From contig JAAOMT010000175.1 in assembly GCA_016748015.1 (NCBI GenBank), forward strand, positions 279,594 through 343,593: a stretch of 64,000 nucleotides of DNA, in the 5' to 3' direction. Below the pieces are notes generated by a model that worked only from the letters and a program-made list of their open reading frames with translations, was not told where the DNA came from and ran no database searches. Shown piece after piece: positions 1 to 12,657 of this stretch. The first letter of the stretch is position 1. The number at the start of each line of letters is the position of its first letter. The translations under genes were made by a program, and so were the position numbers. This DNA comes from Geosiphon pyriformis uo1 (taxonomy: Eukaryota > Fungi > Glomeromycota).

Positions 1-1096
1 ATTAATATACCCAGACATCATTTAATATGTGCAAAATTGTGATGCTTGTCAGCGAAGAGGAAGAACAAGATCCAGTGAACCATTAAGACCAATCAAAGTG
101 GGACAACCATTTGACCACATGAGAATTGATTTAGTCAGATCATTAACAATCACCAGCAGAGGAAACAGATACATAGTGGTAGCTATGGACTATCTTACTA
201 AATGGCCAGAAGCGAAAGCAATTCAAAAAGCGGATGCAGAATCTGTTGCCGAATTCATTCATCAGGATTTGATTTGTCGACATGAATGTCCAAAAGAATT
301 ATTATCAGACCAAGGAACTCATTTTGTGAACAGAACATTAACAGAATTAAGCCAAAGATTCGAAATCAAAAGACCATTATCATCACCATACCATCCACAA
401 ACCAACGGATTAGTAGAAAGATTCAACAGAACATTGTATGAAACAATAGCTAAACTCAGTCAAAAAAACCAGAATAATTGGGATTTGTTAATATCATCAG
501 TACTATTTGCTTATTAGACAATGAAGCAAGATACTATACAAGCAACACCATTTGAATTAGTATATAGTAGAACAGCAACACTACCTGTAGAAATAGAAGT
601 CAGTACATACCCAACCGTACAAATAACAGAAGAGAATTTCAAAAAAACATTGCTGAGAAGAACATATGACTTAATGGAAACATTGGAAAACAAACAAAGA
701 AGAGCAGCTGATAATATCCAAAAGTCACAAGAAACACAAAAAGAAAAACATGATAGTCAACTACCAGACAAACCAGTTGAATTCAAGATTGGAGACAAAG
801 TACTACTACATTGTACCAAAGTGGAAAAACAATGGAATGGAAAATTTGACTCCAAATGGGATAGACCATTTCACATAGAAGAAATTCTAGAAAATGGAGC
901 TTACAAATTAAGATTGGATAACAAAATTTTAACCAAAGCAGTACATGGAGATTGACTGAAACCATATCACAATATCACACTACCATCTACCAGTAATATT
1001 CCACAATTAGGAGTACAGAGAATACTAGTCCAACCAGATGAGATTCCATGAGATCTGAAACCAATCATTATTATCGACAACAACATGTTAAATTGA
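1..1096 (+). pseudogene. Integrase, 5'-truncated by the window edge, with in-frame stops
   Basis: ORFs 29-517 and 521-955 share one frame. rve core D..SDQG..E and GPF-type C-terminus; no chromodomain. Confidence 0.93.
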
Positions 1097-1120
1097 TTCA
1101 TCAAAAGAATATATAATGAC

Positions 1121-1780
1121 ATGGTAAACACGACAGGAAATATCAGAAAAATGGAAATTACAGACAACATTCACTCACTAGCACAACAACTCTTCCAATT
1201 AATCCAACACCAGGAAATAGAGATTACAATTAATCAATAAACCATTCAATATCAAGATATTAGAAAGACATTTCAACTCAGAACACAGAAGAAAACAGAA
1301 AATACTATAGACAAAATCATGGTGAAAGTAAAATTAGCAATAAAAGAATTGACAAAAGAGTCACTATATCAAGAGTTGACTAAAAAAACTTGGAATTGGT
1401 GGATACAACAATTTTCACGAAACTATTGTTACTTTTATTTGGGACAACATGTAAATATCCAGAATCTATATACAGATAAAACAAAGCAATTATTCGACAA
1501 AAGAATACTACAACAATTAGAATATTTTGTGGGAAAGAACAACTTATCCACACAAGCCTAAGCCATATACTAAATATACACCGCATTTCAGGATAAACCA
1601 GAAATATTGCTCAACAGAGCAATGGATATGGTGACCAGTAATCAATTGGAAAAAATCACCAATGCTTAATTTGAAGAATTACAGATCCAAATAACACAAG
1701 TAATTCTCAAAAACAAAATCCAGGAAATACTTCAAGAGAGGAAATTACAGGAGTTAGATTTCGACGGAGCTCAATATTAA
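1121..1780 (+). pseudogene. ORF3 of family A (unknown protein, env position)
   Basis: ATG 1121 to TAA 1780, 660 nt, the same length as the A2 copy. Internal stops are explained by C>T changes. Ends at the PPT. Confidence 0.8.
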
Positions 1781-1793
1781 AAGGAGGGAATAA

Positions 1794-2623
1794 TGTTACT
1801 CATAGAAATATAGGAAATATATTAGCATAATTATTAGCCAATCAGAAGTAAGCATAGTAAATATGGAATTCCAGGATTCTTTTCAGGAATTGCAGGATTC
1901 CAGAATTCCAGGATTCCTCTCAAAGAAATCGCAGGATTCCAGAAATTCCAGGATTCCTGTCATGAAAAATCGAGGAATTGAGGAATCCCAATTATGTATA
2001 TATAGCAGTAGTGTTAGAAGCAGAAGAGACAGAATTGATACCATAGAATCCTTAGCCTAGTAATGCAATCATCGAATAAATAAATTATTTCATATCTCCA
2101 TCCACTTACTCACTATCAACTCTTTATGTTAATAGTAATTGATACTTAACCATGCTAGAACAATAGCTCTTAATTACGGCTATTGACGGAATACTAATCT
2201 GCAAATCGTCTTGGCTTATTTTTTTTCTTTCTTTATTTTCCTTTATTTCTTTTTCTTTATTTTATTTTGATTTGTTGTTGTATACTAATTGATTAAAAGG
2301 ATTAAGTGCTGAGTTATTGACATCAAGAATAGCCTGGTAAAAGACCCAGAAATAAGAGTAAGATTTTATATATTATCAGATATCTTACCAAAAGGGCATG
2401 ACTACCAGACTAAATCTGGTCATTATGCTAAGAAAGAAATTGGGAAAACTCTTGGAAAAATACATCTACTATTAACACTATTGAATCTCTGTTCGTTATA
2501 CAAAGGACTTAACCAAAACCTTCAGATACAAAACCTTCAGATCACTATCAACTGCAATTAGCTTTGAGCACAAAGTTACAGGTTTGTTATTTAATTTAAC
2601 AGCAGAAATAATCACCTGTAACA
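1794..2623 (+). repeat. 3' LTR of A1
   Basis: TGTTAC...GTAACA inverted termini. Homologous to 27349-28257 and 36638-37440. Confidence 0.95.
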
Positions 2624-5508
2624 CCGGGAGCTCTGGCTGGTTTTGCAGAACATGTGGAAGGTGTATAATTCAGTTGGCTGGGATCATCTTGAGAAAAGTT
2701 TGGTCAAAATTAAAATGTGCAACAGATTCATTCAATTTTTTGGTAATATTCATAAGAGTTGTACCAACCAAGTCATGACAGATTTTGGTTTAACAGATGA
2801 TTACTGTGTACATGATGGTTTGGACCAAGGTGAAGTTTTTTCCCCTCTTCTGTGGTGTGTGTTTTATGATCCTCTGTTGTGTAAAGTCAAGCACCAGGAG
2901 AGTGTATGTGGATACAGGATCAATTTTCATTTTATTTCCAAGAGTGGTCATGCTGAATCTTGGGCTGGATTTTCTTTCTTTTTTGCTGTTGGTGCTTTTG
3001 TTAATAATACAATTTGGGTTGGAATGCTACTTAATACATTCTTGATATTGCTAGTGAATTCTTCTGGATCAATAACATTTCTATTAATAATGAAAAGATG
3101 GTGGTTATTTTCATTAATAGTGGGATCAGCAATTCTTCTCTTTTTATCAGTGGCTTTCCTATCACTGTTGTCAAAAAAGAGAAATCTCATTAGTATTTGG
3201 GTATTTTTCTTTCGACTGAGGGTCTTTCAAAGCCTAGTTTGGCTAAGGTGCATTCGGATGTTTGATTTTTCACCAATTTGGTCCTAAGGAAAGCTGTATC
3301 AGATAAGCAGCTTTTATATTTAGTGTTAGTAGTCCTTCACCCTATTGTCAACTACAGAATGCAGTTTAGCTTTGTTCCTATTAGTGTATGTAACAAATGG
3401 GATGCTCTAATTTGTAAAGACTTGAAGCTTAAGTTTGGTCTACCACTTGACTTTCCTTGTAATATCATTCACCACCTCTCCTTTTATGGTTTGAAATCTT
3501 TTTTGTAAATTCAGTCTAAAAGTAAGGTTGCTTTACTAGTTAGTTTTGTGAACTCTGATGGAATTTTGGGTTGATTATTTTCTTACTAGTCTCATGACCT
3601 CCAAATTTGGTGTTGGCACCCTGTTCATCCATTGGTCTCTTCTGTTTGTACTCATGTCAGTGCTTCTAATAATTTTTTGGCAGGCATGATTCATATTCTT
3701 CTTGATTGTAATTTATCTTTGGATGGTCCTATGGCCAGTTTTTTTTGGTTCCATGATGAAATGCCCATGTCTGCTGTTTTGAGTAAATCAAAGTTTATCA
3801 AGTTTCTTCCTTCTCTTTGGTGGTATAGTATTGCATATGTGAAGCAACTTTGGGATCATCATGGTGTTGTTTTTAATTGATACATCTTTAAGCGGTGGAA
3901 AAAGTTGGACACCTGTGGCCCTGTTCCAGATTGGTTTAAGTTGTCTGCAGCATTTCTCAACAATATAACTTTCTCTTTGACTTGTCCCATGGCTTTGTGT
4001 GATGCTGGTTCTTTGAGCATTCTTAAATTCAGTGACTTTATGTCTATTTGCAATCATTTTTCACAAGTTGATGCTAGTGTTTTATCTGTGTACACTGATG
4101 AATCTTTGAAGAACTTTGGCACAGTCAACTGTAGCGCTGGTGCTGCTGCCTTTTTTGAGGACATTGGTTTGGGTTTGGGTGTTGGTGTTGTGAGTTTAAT
4201 GTCTTCTACTATGGTGGAATTGCAGGCTATTGCACTGGCTCTGGAGTGTGTTCTTTTGTCTAGTTCTGTTTGCTTATTTTTGGACAGTCAATCTGCTTTG
4301 AATGCTTGCAAGTCGGAATTGAGTCTAACATGTCCTGACTTTTGTAATCAGTGTTGGATTGAGTGTCAACATATCTTTAATGTTATTTATAATAAGAATT
4401 TAAGAGTCAACTGGCACAAGGTGAAAAGTCACTCTGGTGTTTTGGGCAATGAGTGTGCTGACATGATTGCTGGTACTGCTTCTTTTTTAAGTTGGTGTCT
4501 TCCTCCTCGTGTGGATGAATGTTTTATTGTGGCTGATAGTAATATGATTTCTGGCAACTTTAGACACTTTGTTTGTGATATTTTTCATTCTGTTTGTTAT
4601 ACATAATGGGAGGTTGGTTCTGGTTGTAAGTTTTTGGAGAACAGTCTGCTTTCTGAGATTGACTGAATCCACTCTTTATTGGTGTGCATCCTGATTTGCA
4701 CATGACTACTGGTTTTACCAGCAGGTCCTTAGCCAATGCATGCACTTACTTCATGAAGGCTTTGCATTATTGTTTGTCTGTTGTCGTTCGAAAGCGCCTT
4801 TATAGTAGACTTTATCCCAGTGTTTTATGTTTATATTGCAGTAAAGTGGAGGTGTCAGATCATGTATTCTTTTGTAGGGTTGACAAGTCTGCCTGCTGTC
4901 AGTTGTTGAACTCCCATGTGGATTCTTGGAAAACACTTTCTAATTCCACTCATGCTTCTTCATGTGTGTTACAGCTGTTGTTGTTTTGTACTTCTGGTTC
5001 CTCTGTGTCTATGGCTCTCTTTAAGGGTTTTGTTTTTGATGGTTGGTTCCAGGAGGCCATTTCCATTTTCTGCAATTCCAAAATGGCTGGTTTGGAGATT
5101 GTTAAGTTTGTGTGCTTTTTTAGTTTGGCTTTTAGAAATAATATATGGTTGGTTCATGCTAAGCACCGTGCATATATGAAAAAACATGGTTTGATTCCTT
5201 CTGATGGCTCAGCTATTATCTCAGTTTTTGGTTTATCTTCGGGGTTTTCTGCTGGTGTGGTAAAAATGCTTGGTGTGGCTGATACTTTTGGTATATATTT
5301 TGGTTTTTACAAATCTTGTTTATTTTTCTCAAGTCTTGGTGGTTCAGTCTCAGTTCATATAGCTGCATAGTGTTGTTCTGATTGGCTTGAGTGGCTGGTC
5401 ATATATAGAAAATACATGATTTACACTTAATTTAGATTATTTTTTTGATGTATAGTACTAGGCTGTGTTTGGATCTTACTCATTAAATAAAAATAATAAT
5501 AATAATAA
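2624..5508 (+). mobile_element. Non-LTR retrotransposon (LINE) 3' part: RT, RNase H, C-terminal CCHC, (TAA)n tail; decayed
   Basis: RELWLVLQNMWKVYNSVGW; GLDQGEVFSPLLW; RNase H VYTD..ELQAI..LDSQ..KVKSHSGVLGNECAD; CLYC..SDHVFFC. Tail AAATAAAAATAATAATAATAATAAA at about 5485-5508. Homologous to 11210-12657 plus 43513-44957. Confidence 0.93.
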
Positions 5509-5509
5509 A

Positions 5510-7706
5510 TTTAAAATCAATTTTAATTATTTATAAATACTTATATTTTTTAATTTTATACAAAAAAAATTATCAAAGATTTTTTAAAACAAAAACAATA
5601 ATATTTTAATTTAATTTTAATTGTTATAAATTTTATAATTATTTAATAAATTAAAATTTATTATAATTTTGTTAATTCTATTTTTATAAATATAACCAAA
5701 AAATCAATAAATTTATTATATATTTTAATTAAACTATTTTTTAAATAATACTAACTAATAGAATTATGTTTTATATATATATTAATTAAAATTTTAAGTT
5801 TTTTTTTAAAGTATTTTTTATAATTAAATTAATGTATTTTTAAGAACCAAAAAATTATTATTATTAAAAACATTATATTTACTATATTTTTTAAAAATTT
5901 GATTCAATAGAATTTTAGATAAATGTTAATTAAAACAATAAAATAGATATTTATTAAAATGTTTTTTTATTTACAAAGTTTATAAATTATAAAAACATAT
6001 ATCTTTTTTATTGATTTAAAAATATTTTATTTATTAAATAACAATTTTAGCATATTTAAAAAAACTTTAAAACAAAAAATTATAATAATATTAAAGTTTA
6101 TTAGATATGCTAAAAAAACTGGTTATTTAATAATTTTTAATTATATATTAAGCTTAATTTTTTTATAATATTTAATATATTATTATATATAGCTTAAAAA
6201 TAATATTAATTACATAATTTAAGAATTTTGTTCAAAATTATGTATTTTTTTGTTTAATTTTTATTATTTTGTTTGTTTTTAATAATATTTAAACTATAAA
6301 AATATAATTTAAAAACATTTTATTAATTAAAATATAAATTATTAAAAAAGACAATTTTTTATTAAATTTATTTACAATATTTATTATTAAATAATATTAA
6401 ATTATTAATTTTATTTTAAAGTTTAAAATTTAAAAAACTATTTAAACTAATTAAAAAAAACTTTATAATTAATATTAAAACTTTTTTTTGTAATATTTTT
6501 TTATTTATTTTATTAATAAGTAAAGCTCAATTATTATTTAGTATAAAAAACCAAATTAAATAGTTTACACTAAATACAATATACACTTTTAATACATATA
6601 ACCAGTCATTTAAGCCAGATAAAACATTATTACAAATCTATATAAACCAAAATTTTATTATTTAAACCAAAAAAAAGAGCATAAACTATATTTATCAAAA
6701 TTAATTATAAAAAACTTATAATTTTTAACATCTAAATTATATTATTTATTAATTTATGTAATAAAACAGACACCAAATTATTATTTTTAATTGAATTGGT
6801 CTTTTTTATATTAATTCTATATTTAAATTTGAAAAGCCAAATCCTTAAATAATACAATTTGACTAAATATTTTATAAACTTTAAAATAGTTAAGATTGCT
6901 CTTTTATTATTTTCAAATACCAAAACAGTTTCTAAAACTTATTTTTTTAGCACAAAACTTTTATAAATTATAGTATACAAACTTATATCTAATAAGCACA
7001 AAGAAAAAATCTACAAAACAGTAAAAAAAAAAAGTGTTAATACTTATTAAAGATTTTTAAATTTTTAAAATTCAAAAAATTTTTTTTATAAACATTAATA
7101 TTTTTAAAACAAATTAACATATAATTTGGCAGTTTTATTTTATTGTACAATAAGTACAAAACATCCAAATATGTTTTATTATATAATTTTTTCTTAACTA
7201 TAATTAGCAGTCTTTTATATACAGTTTTTATTAAGTATATATACAGATTGGCTGATTTTTTACTAGTAAATTTAGTTAACATATATGAATTAGAATAATA
7301 TATATATGCAAACAATAACTAATTTATATTTTAAATTTTGTAATATATATGTTATATTAGTAATTATATTAATTAAAAACTTATTTTTAATAATTTTTTT
7401 TATATTTTTTAAATTATGCCAAATTAAAATTTTAATTAAAAATATTTACAAAAAATTAAATAAATAAAAACTTAAATATTTCTTAAAAATAATATTTTAT
7501 TTAATATTATTTTTATTAAAATTACAAAAAAAATTTTATTTATTGTTTTTATAATTAAATCATTAATATTTTTAGTTTATATTATTTTGGCTTTTATAAA
7601 AATTTTGGCATAAAAACCAAAAATAATAATTAAAAGTTTATTTTTAAATAGCAAATTAATAAAAGTTGGTTAATTATTTTAGAAATCTTACAAATATGCT
7701 TAATAT
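5510..7706. other. Extremely AT-rich island of decayed repeats, contiguous with 44958-46560 before the LINE inserted
   Basis: Almost no G/C; contains a recognisable LINE relic; joined to the right-hand island by the LINE TSD. Confidence 0.8.
6497..7330 (-). pseudogene. Hypermutated relic of a LINE 3' end
   Basis: ORF 7037-7315 YYSNSYMLTKFTSKKS..KRL..KKLYNKTY aligns to WHPDSHMLTGFTSRKS..RRL..KRLYDKHY of the LINE at about 44130-44270. The reverse complement of about 6500-6650 matches the LINE 3' UTR at 44800-44950. Confidence 0.85.
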
Positions 7707-7848
7707 GAAATTAAATTATTTGAATTAAACTTCTTTCTTTCTTATCTCCACAAATCCCCAAAAAGCACATTTTCTGAAAAAGAAGTTTTTTGTTTTTTTA
7801 GTCTATATCAATATTTCTTTACCTAATAGTAACTTATTTTTCGTGGAT

Positions 7849-9437
7849 ATGAAGGCTACTGCTAGTAGCACCACACTTAAGAAGAAGGCTCTTAAGGGTG
7901 CTTTTTATGGTCCTACTGGTGGCTCTTTTTCTCAGAAGAAAAAAGTTGTTTTTGGTAATATAAAACATTCTGGTGATGAAAGGGATATATTCTTGAGCAA
8001 ATCTGGATCTAGTGGCAGTATTTATTCTGATGTGGAAAGTCTATCTGGTAAGGATGAGGATGTTAGCATGTCTGGGATGAATGGTGGATCTCTTTTGGGT
8101 TTAGCTGGACCACTACCCTCTCAAAATTTAAAGGGATTATCTGATTAACATTTACATCAGAAAAAAGCATGGAAATGACTGCATCATTGGCCAGAGAAAA
8201 AGGGATCAACATAAACAGTGATCTTAAGAAACAAGAAATGAGATCAGATCAGGCTGTGGTGATTAAGGAAATTCTCATAGACATGCCTAAGAACATAATC
8301 GTCACTGCAGTCACCAAGTTTGGAGAAATTAAGTCAATTAAAATTCAGTTAATTGGCATGTGGCAGAAAGCTGTGGTAGAGTTTGCCAAATCAAGTCAGG
8401 CCAATTAGTTGGCCTCAAAATGGTCATTCTTAATCAGAAAAGATTCAGTGCATGTGGCCAAAACTGTGGGTGATCATGACACTTGGGCATTTAGGGATCA
8501 GTTTAGGGCACTGTTGTTTACTTTGCCAGTGGGAACAACTGTACATAATCTTGGTACTCTTTTAAATAAGGCTGGTGGGAAAACTTGCACCATTAATCAA
8601 TTGTTGATGACTGACAATAGGGTCTGTTGTGCAGTAGTTGGCTTTGAGTCTGAGGTGGATTTGGAATCCACCTTTTATACTGTGCCTGTTTTTGGCAGTG
8701 TGCAACTTTCATGGGCTAGGTTGGATTTGGTTTGGTGTGGAAAGTATGGGAGATTTGGTCATTCAGCCTTGGAGTGTAATGCTTCTGATGTTGCTGTTCC
8801 TGTGCCTGCTGTTCCCTTTAAAAAAAATGCTCTTGGTATTGATTATCTTCAATTAGCCAAGTTGTATACAAAGAAAAATGTTCCTATCTCTCGCCCTACT
8901 GCCTTTGGTAGCAAATTATGAGCTCAAGTAGTCTCTCTTACTTTCTCTTCTGATAGCTCTTCTTCTGGCTCTGGTTATGGTTTAGGCTTCTCTTCATCTA
9001 ATGTTTTGGGATTGGGTGGTGGTGCTCCTTCTTTTCTATTTGATGAGTCTCCCTTGGTTGCTCATTTGGCATCTTTGGAGCGCTTTTTTGAACTTTTGGC
9101 TGACCAGGTTTCTGGTATTCTTAGGAAATTGAGTTTTGTTGAATTGGTGCCCATAGTAATATCTTCTGATGCTCCTTCTTTGGTCAGCTCTGTGCTAGTA
9201 GCTCCTGTTTTGGATTCAAATATGGCTTTGGATGGTGTGTTGGCTTTGTCCCCTCCCCCTCTCTCGAGTATTAAGTTAAGTGCTGGTTTTAATTCAAGTA
9301 GTTCAAAGGTTTTAACCATCAAGATAGATAGTTTGGAGTTTAAAATGTCAGCTATAGAGGCTTTGGTCAATTCTGTTTTGGCGAAATTGGATCTCTTGTG
9401 TTTTGGTTCAGGTTCTTTTCTACTTCATTCATCCTAA
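7849..9437 (+). pseudogene. LINE ORF1 (two RRM-like domains plus a decayed CCHC knuckle)
   Basis: VVIKEI..KFGEIKSIKIQLIGMWQKAVVEF; ALLFTLPVGTT..CAVVGFESE; CGKYGRFGHSALEC. Confidence 0.8.
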
Positions 9438-12400
9438 TGAGTGGTCTGGTTTGGAAATTTACTACATGTAATGTTCGTAGAATCAATGTCCCTGCCAAGC
9501 AAGAGGATGTTGTGTGTTGGCATCAAAATTCTGGCAATTTGGTTTCATTCATCACAGAAACGAAGTTGAGGTTTTCTACTAGGCTATGGATTGCAAATAA
9601 GTTTGATGAAGTGTAAATTTTTTCTTTAGGATTGGATAAAAGTTTCATTGGTGCTGGTGTTGCTATAATTATGGACAATTCTTTGGCTTGTTATGTTTCT
9701 AAGGTGGAGGAGGTTTCTGGTAGGGTTGTTTTTGTTCAGCTTTTATTCAAAGGCAAGCTCTTGGTTACTCTTTTGGGATTATATGCTGGTGCCTCTTCTG
9801 AGACTAGATTTGGTCAGGCTTCTGAGGTTAACTCTCTTATTGCAAAAGCTGTCAATTCCAGTATTCATGTTGTCTTAAGTGGGGACTTTAATAAGAATGG
9901 ATCTGATAGAAGTGTGAGTTTCAAGTTCTGTTTGGGTTTGAGTTTGGTCATTCAGCTGGTTCTCATATGTGGAGCAACTCAAGAGAGGTTGTAAAAACAA
10001 TTGATTACATTTTTGTGAATGGCAGCTTGTTTTCTGCTGTTGCTGGTTATCAGACAGTGTTAAATGGGCTAAGTTTAGGGATCTTTCCTTGGCAAAACTC
10101 TTGTCATTGGGTGATGTGTTCTTTGGTGCTGAAGCACATAGTAATGTGGATGCTATGTGGATAATATTGCAAAAGGCTGTGTTAGGATCTGCTGATAAGA
10201 CATTTTCAAGACATTGGTTCAGCAAATTTAGGCATTCGAAAAACAGGCATTCTTTCAAGTTTTTTGGTTTGGAATTGTTGATGGCCAAGATTGTCAAGAA
10301 ATTTTGCTCTGGTGGCTTGTCTGATGTTAATCTTCTTGTAAGTAAGTGGTTAACTCTGGATAATGTCAAGGCTTGTGCTTTCAGAGACCTGGTCAGCTCG
10401 AGTGTTAAATCTAATGTTATTGTTAAGCATTTGTTGTTGGTCCGCAAAGATTACAGGAGGACAAAAATGTTTGAGTTGAGGTTCTTTGAAGAAATCTCTA
10501 TTAGGAAGACAATTGATAGGCGCATGGAAAATTTCTGTTCTGACAAAGATAGTATGATTAGAAGTGTATTAAACAGACTCTTTTGCAAGATAGTGTTGGA
10601 TCATCTGGTGGTTGATAACAAATTGGTTTTGAAGTCTGAAGAGGTGAAGGCAAGTGTAGACAAAATAATGGAAGGATGGACAAGAAAATGATTAGTGCAT
10701 GCAGTGATCTCTGATCTTTGGGCTTGGTAGTATGTGCTATTAAGTTATGTTCAAAATGATGTCTTTTCTGGTATTATGCATGAAGTTAGCATGAGTAAGT
10801 TGCTTTCTGTTATTAGTGGTCTGCCTGATGGCAAGACCACTGGTTTGTCTGGTATTCTGAATGAGTTGTGGAAACAAGGTGGTGAGGTGGTTTTGGGGTG
10901 CTTGTTAGCACTATTTAATATATGTTTGACTGCTGGTGTGGTGTCTGTTTTGTGAAAAAAGGTGTGGGTTTCAATGATCCCTAAGTCTTATGACTGAGAT
11001 GGGGTCTTTACAAACACTCGGCCCATTGCTTTGATTGAAACTGCCAGGAAAATTCTGTCTAAGGTTCTGTTTGATTGTATTTCAGTGGCTTGCAGCAAGT
11101 TCAACATTTTTCAGGGTGACAATTTTTTGGTGTTGAAGGATATGTCTACACAATCTTCAGTGTTTGCTGTCAGCTTAGTAGTTGAAGATGCTCTTGAAAA
11201 AAATCAAGAGATTTGGTTGGTTTTGCAGAATATGTGGAAGACTTATGATTCAGTGGGGTGGCACTATTTGAGAGCTAGCTTGTAGTATATTAAGATGTGT
11301 GAGAAGTTTATAAAGTTTTTCAGTAGTATTCACGAGGATAGGGTTAACAGGGTAATGACTGACTTTGGTTTATCTGGTGATTACAAAGTGCATAATGGAT
11401 TAGATCAGGGTGAGGTTTTTTCACCTCTTCTGTGAAAGATTTTTTATGATCCGCTTTTGTGTGAGGTTAAGAGACATGAACAATTGTGTGAGTACTGAAT
11501 TGATACTAAGTTTGTTTCGAAAACTGGCAGGATCAAGGGTGGTGGTGGTTTGACTTTGTATTTTTCAGCTGGCATATTTGTTAATGATACAATCTGGATT
11601 GGAAATTGTCAGGCTTCTACTCAATATGCATTGAACATTGCCAGTGAGTTTTTTATGATCAATGATATTTCTATCAACAGTAAAAAAACAGTGGCTATTC
11701 CCATAAATCAGGGGGTTAAGGTTGCTAAGCTAAATATTTGTGGTCAGCCAATTTTGATTGCTAAGAAGAATGAGGCTTATCACTATCTGGGTATTTTTTT
11801 GTCTACTGAAGGACTGTCCAAGCCAAGTGTTGCCAAAGCTTATGCAGATGTGTGCTTTTTTGTCAATGTTGTACTTAAAAAGGCAATTACGGACAAACAG
11901 TATTCATATTTGGTGTCAGCTATCCTACAGCCTATTGTCAGCTATTGTATTCAGTTCAGTTTTGTCTCTTTTAATGTTTGTTGCAAGTGGGATGCCTTAG
12001 TTAGGAAGGGTCTCAGGTCTAAAGCTTGTCTTCCTCATGACTTTTCTGATGCTGCTTTGCATTATCCATTATTGTATAGCCTGAAACCTTTTGAACAGGT
12101 ACAGTTCGAAGAAAAGATGGCTGCTTTGATAATGTTCTTTAATGCTTCTGGTGTTCTTGGGTGTTTGTTTAGTCAAGATTTTTGGATTTGCAGATTTTTG
12201 GTTGGGCTTCTTTAGATCCCCTGCAGTTTCCCATCAGGTTGCGTGTCAATCCAGTAAACAATTTTTTGGCTGGGTTGGTAAAAATCTTTTTGGACAATGG
12301 ACTATCTTTGATGAACAATCTCCTCACTGCATTTCGTAGTCCTGGTCACTTTCCTATGTCTGCTATTCTTGAGAAGTCTCTGTATTTTGATTTGGTCATC

Positions 12401-12657
12401 TCTCTTAGGCATTTTGGTATCACTTTTGGTGATCGGCTTTTTAATAAAAAAGGTGGTCTGATGGATTGAAAGACATTTTGCCGTTGGAAGAGGTTGGATC
12501 TGCATGGTTCTGTGTCTCATTGGTTCACAGTTTCTTCTGAGTTTTTGAGGGGTAAGGGTTTCTTATCTTCTGGTTTAGCTGACCCTATTGAGCTGCTTGG
12601 GTTGGACATTTTGGAGTTTGGGAAGTTCTCTGTTGTGAGGGATGGATTGCATAACAT
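9437..12657 (+). pseudogene. LINE ORF2, N-terminal part: APE endonuclease and RT
   Basis: TCNVRRIN..ITETKL, GDFN, IDYIFV (APE). TRPIALIETARKILSK, GLDQGEVFSPLL, FVNDT (RT). Confidence 0.92.

Larger units (their letters stand above)
1..2623 (+). mobile_element. Ty3/Gypsy LTR retrotransposon family A, copy A1 (3' part: integrase, ORF3, PPT, 3' LTR)
   Basis: Integrase motifs (CDAC, YHPQTNGLVERFNRTL, KWD(G)PF). PPT AAAAGGAGGGAA at 1779-1790. LTR TGTTAC(1794)...GTAACA(2623). Co-linear with 34850-37440. Confidence 0.95.

Noticed and set aside
5510-7706. Classical CpA-targeted RIP, or an organellar insertion, as the source of the AT islands
   Set aside because: CpA/TpG survive abundantly while TpC/GpA and CpG are depleted. 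The only recognisable content is a LINE relic.
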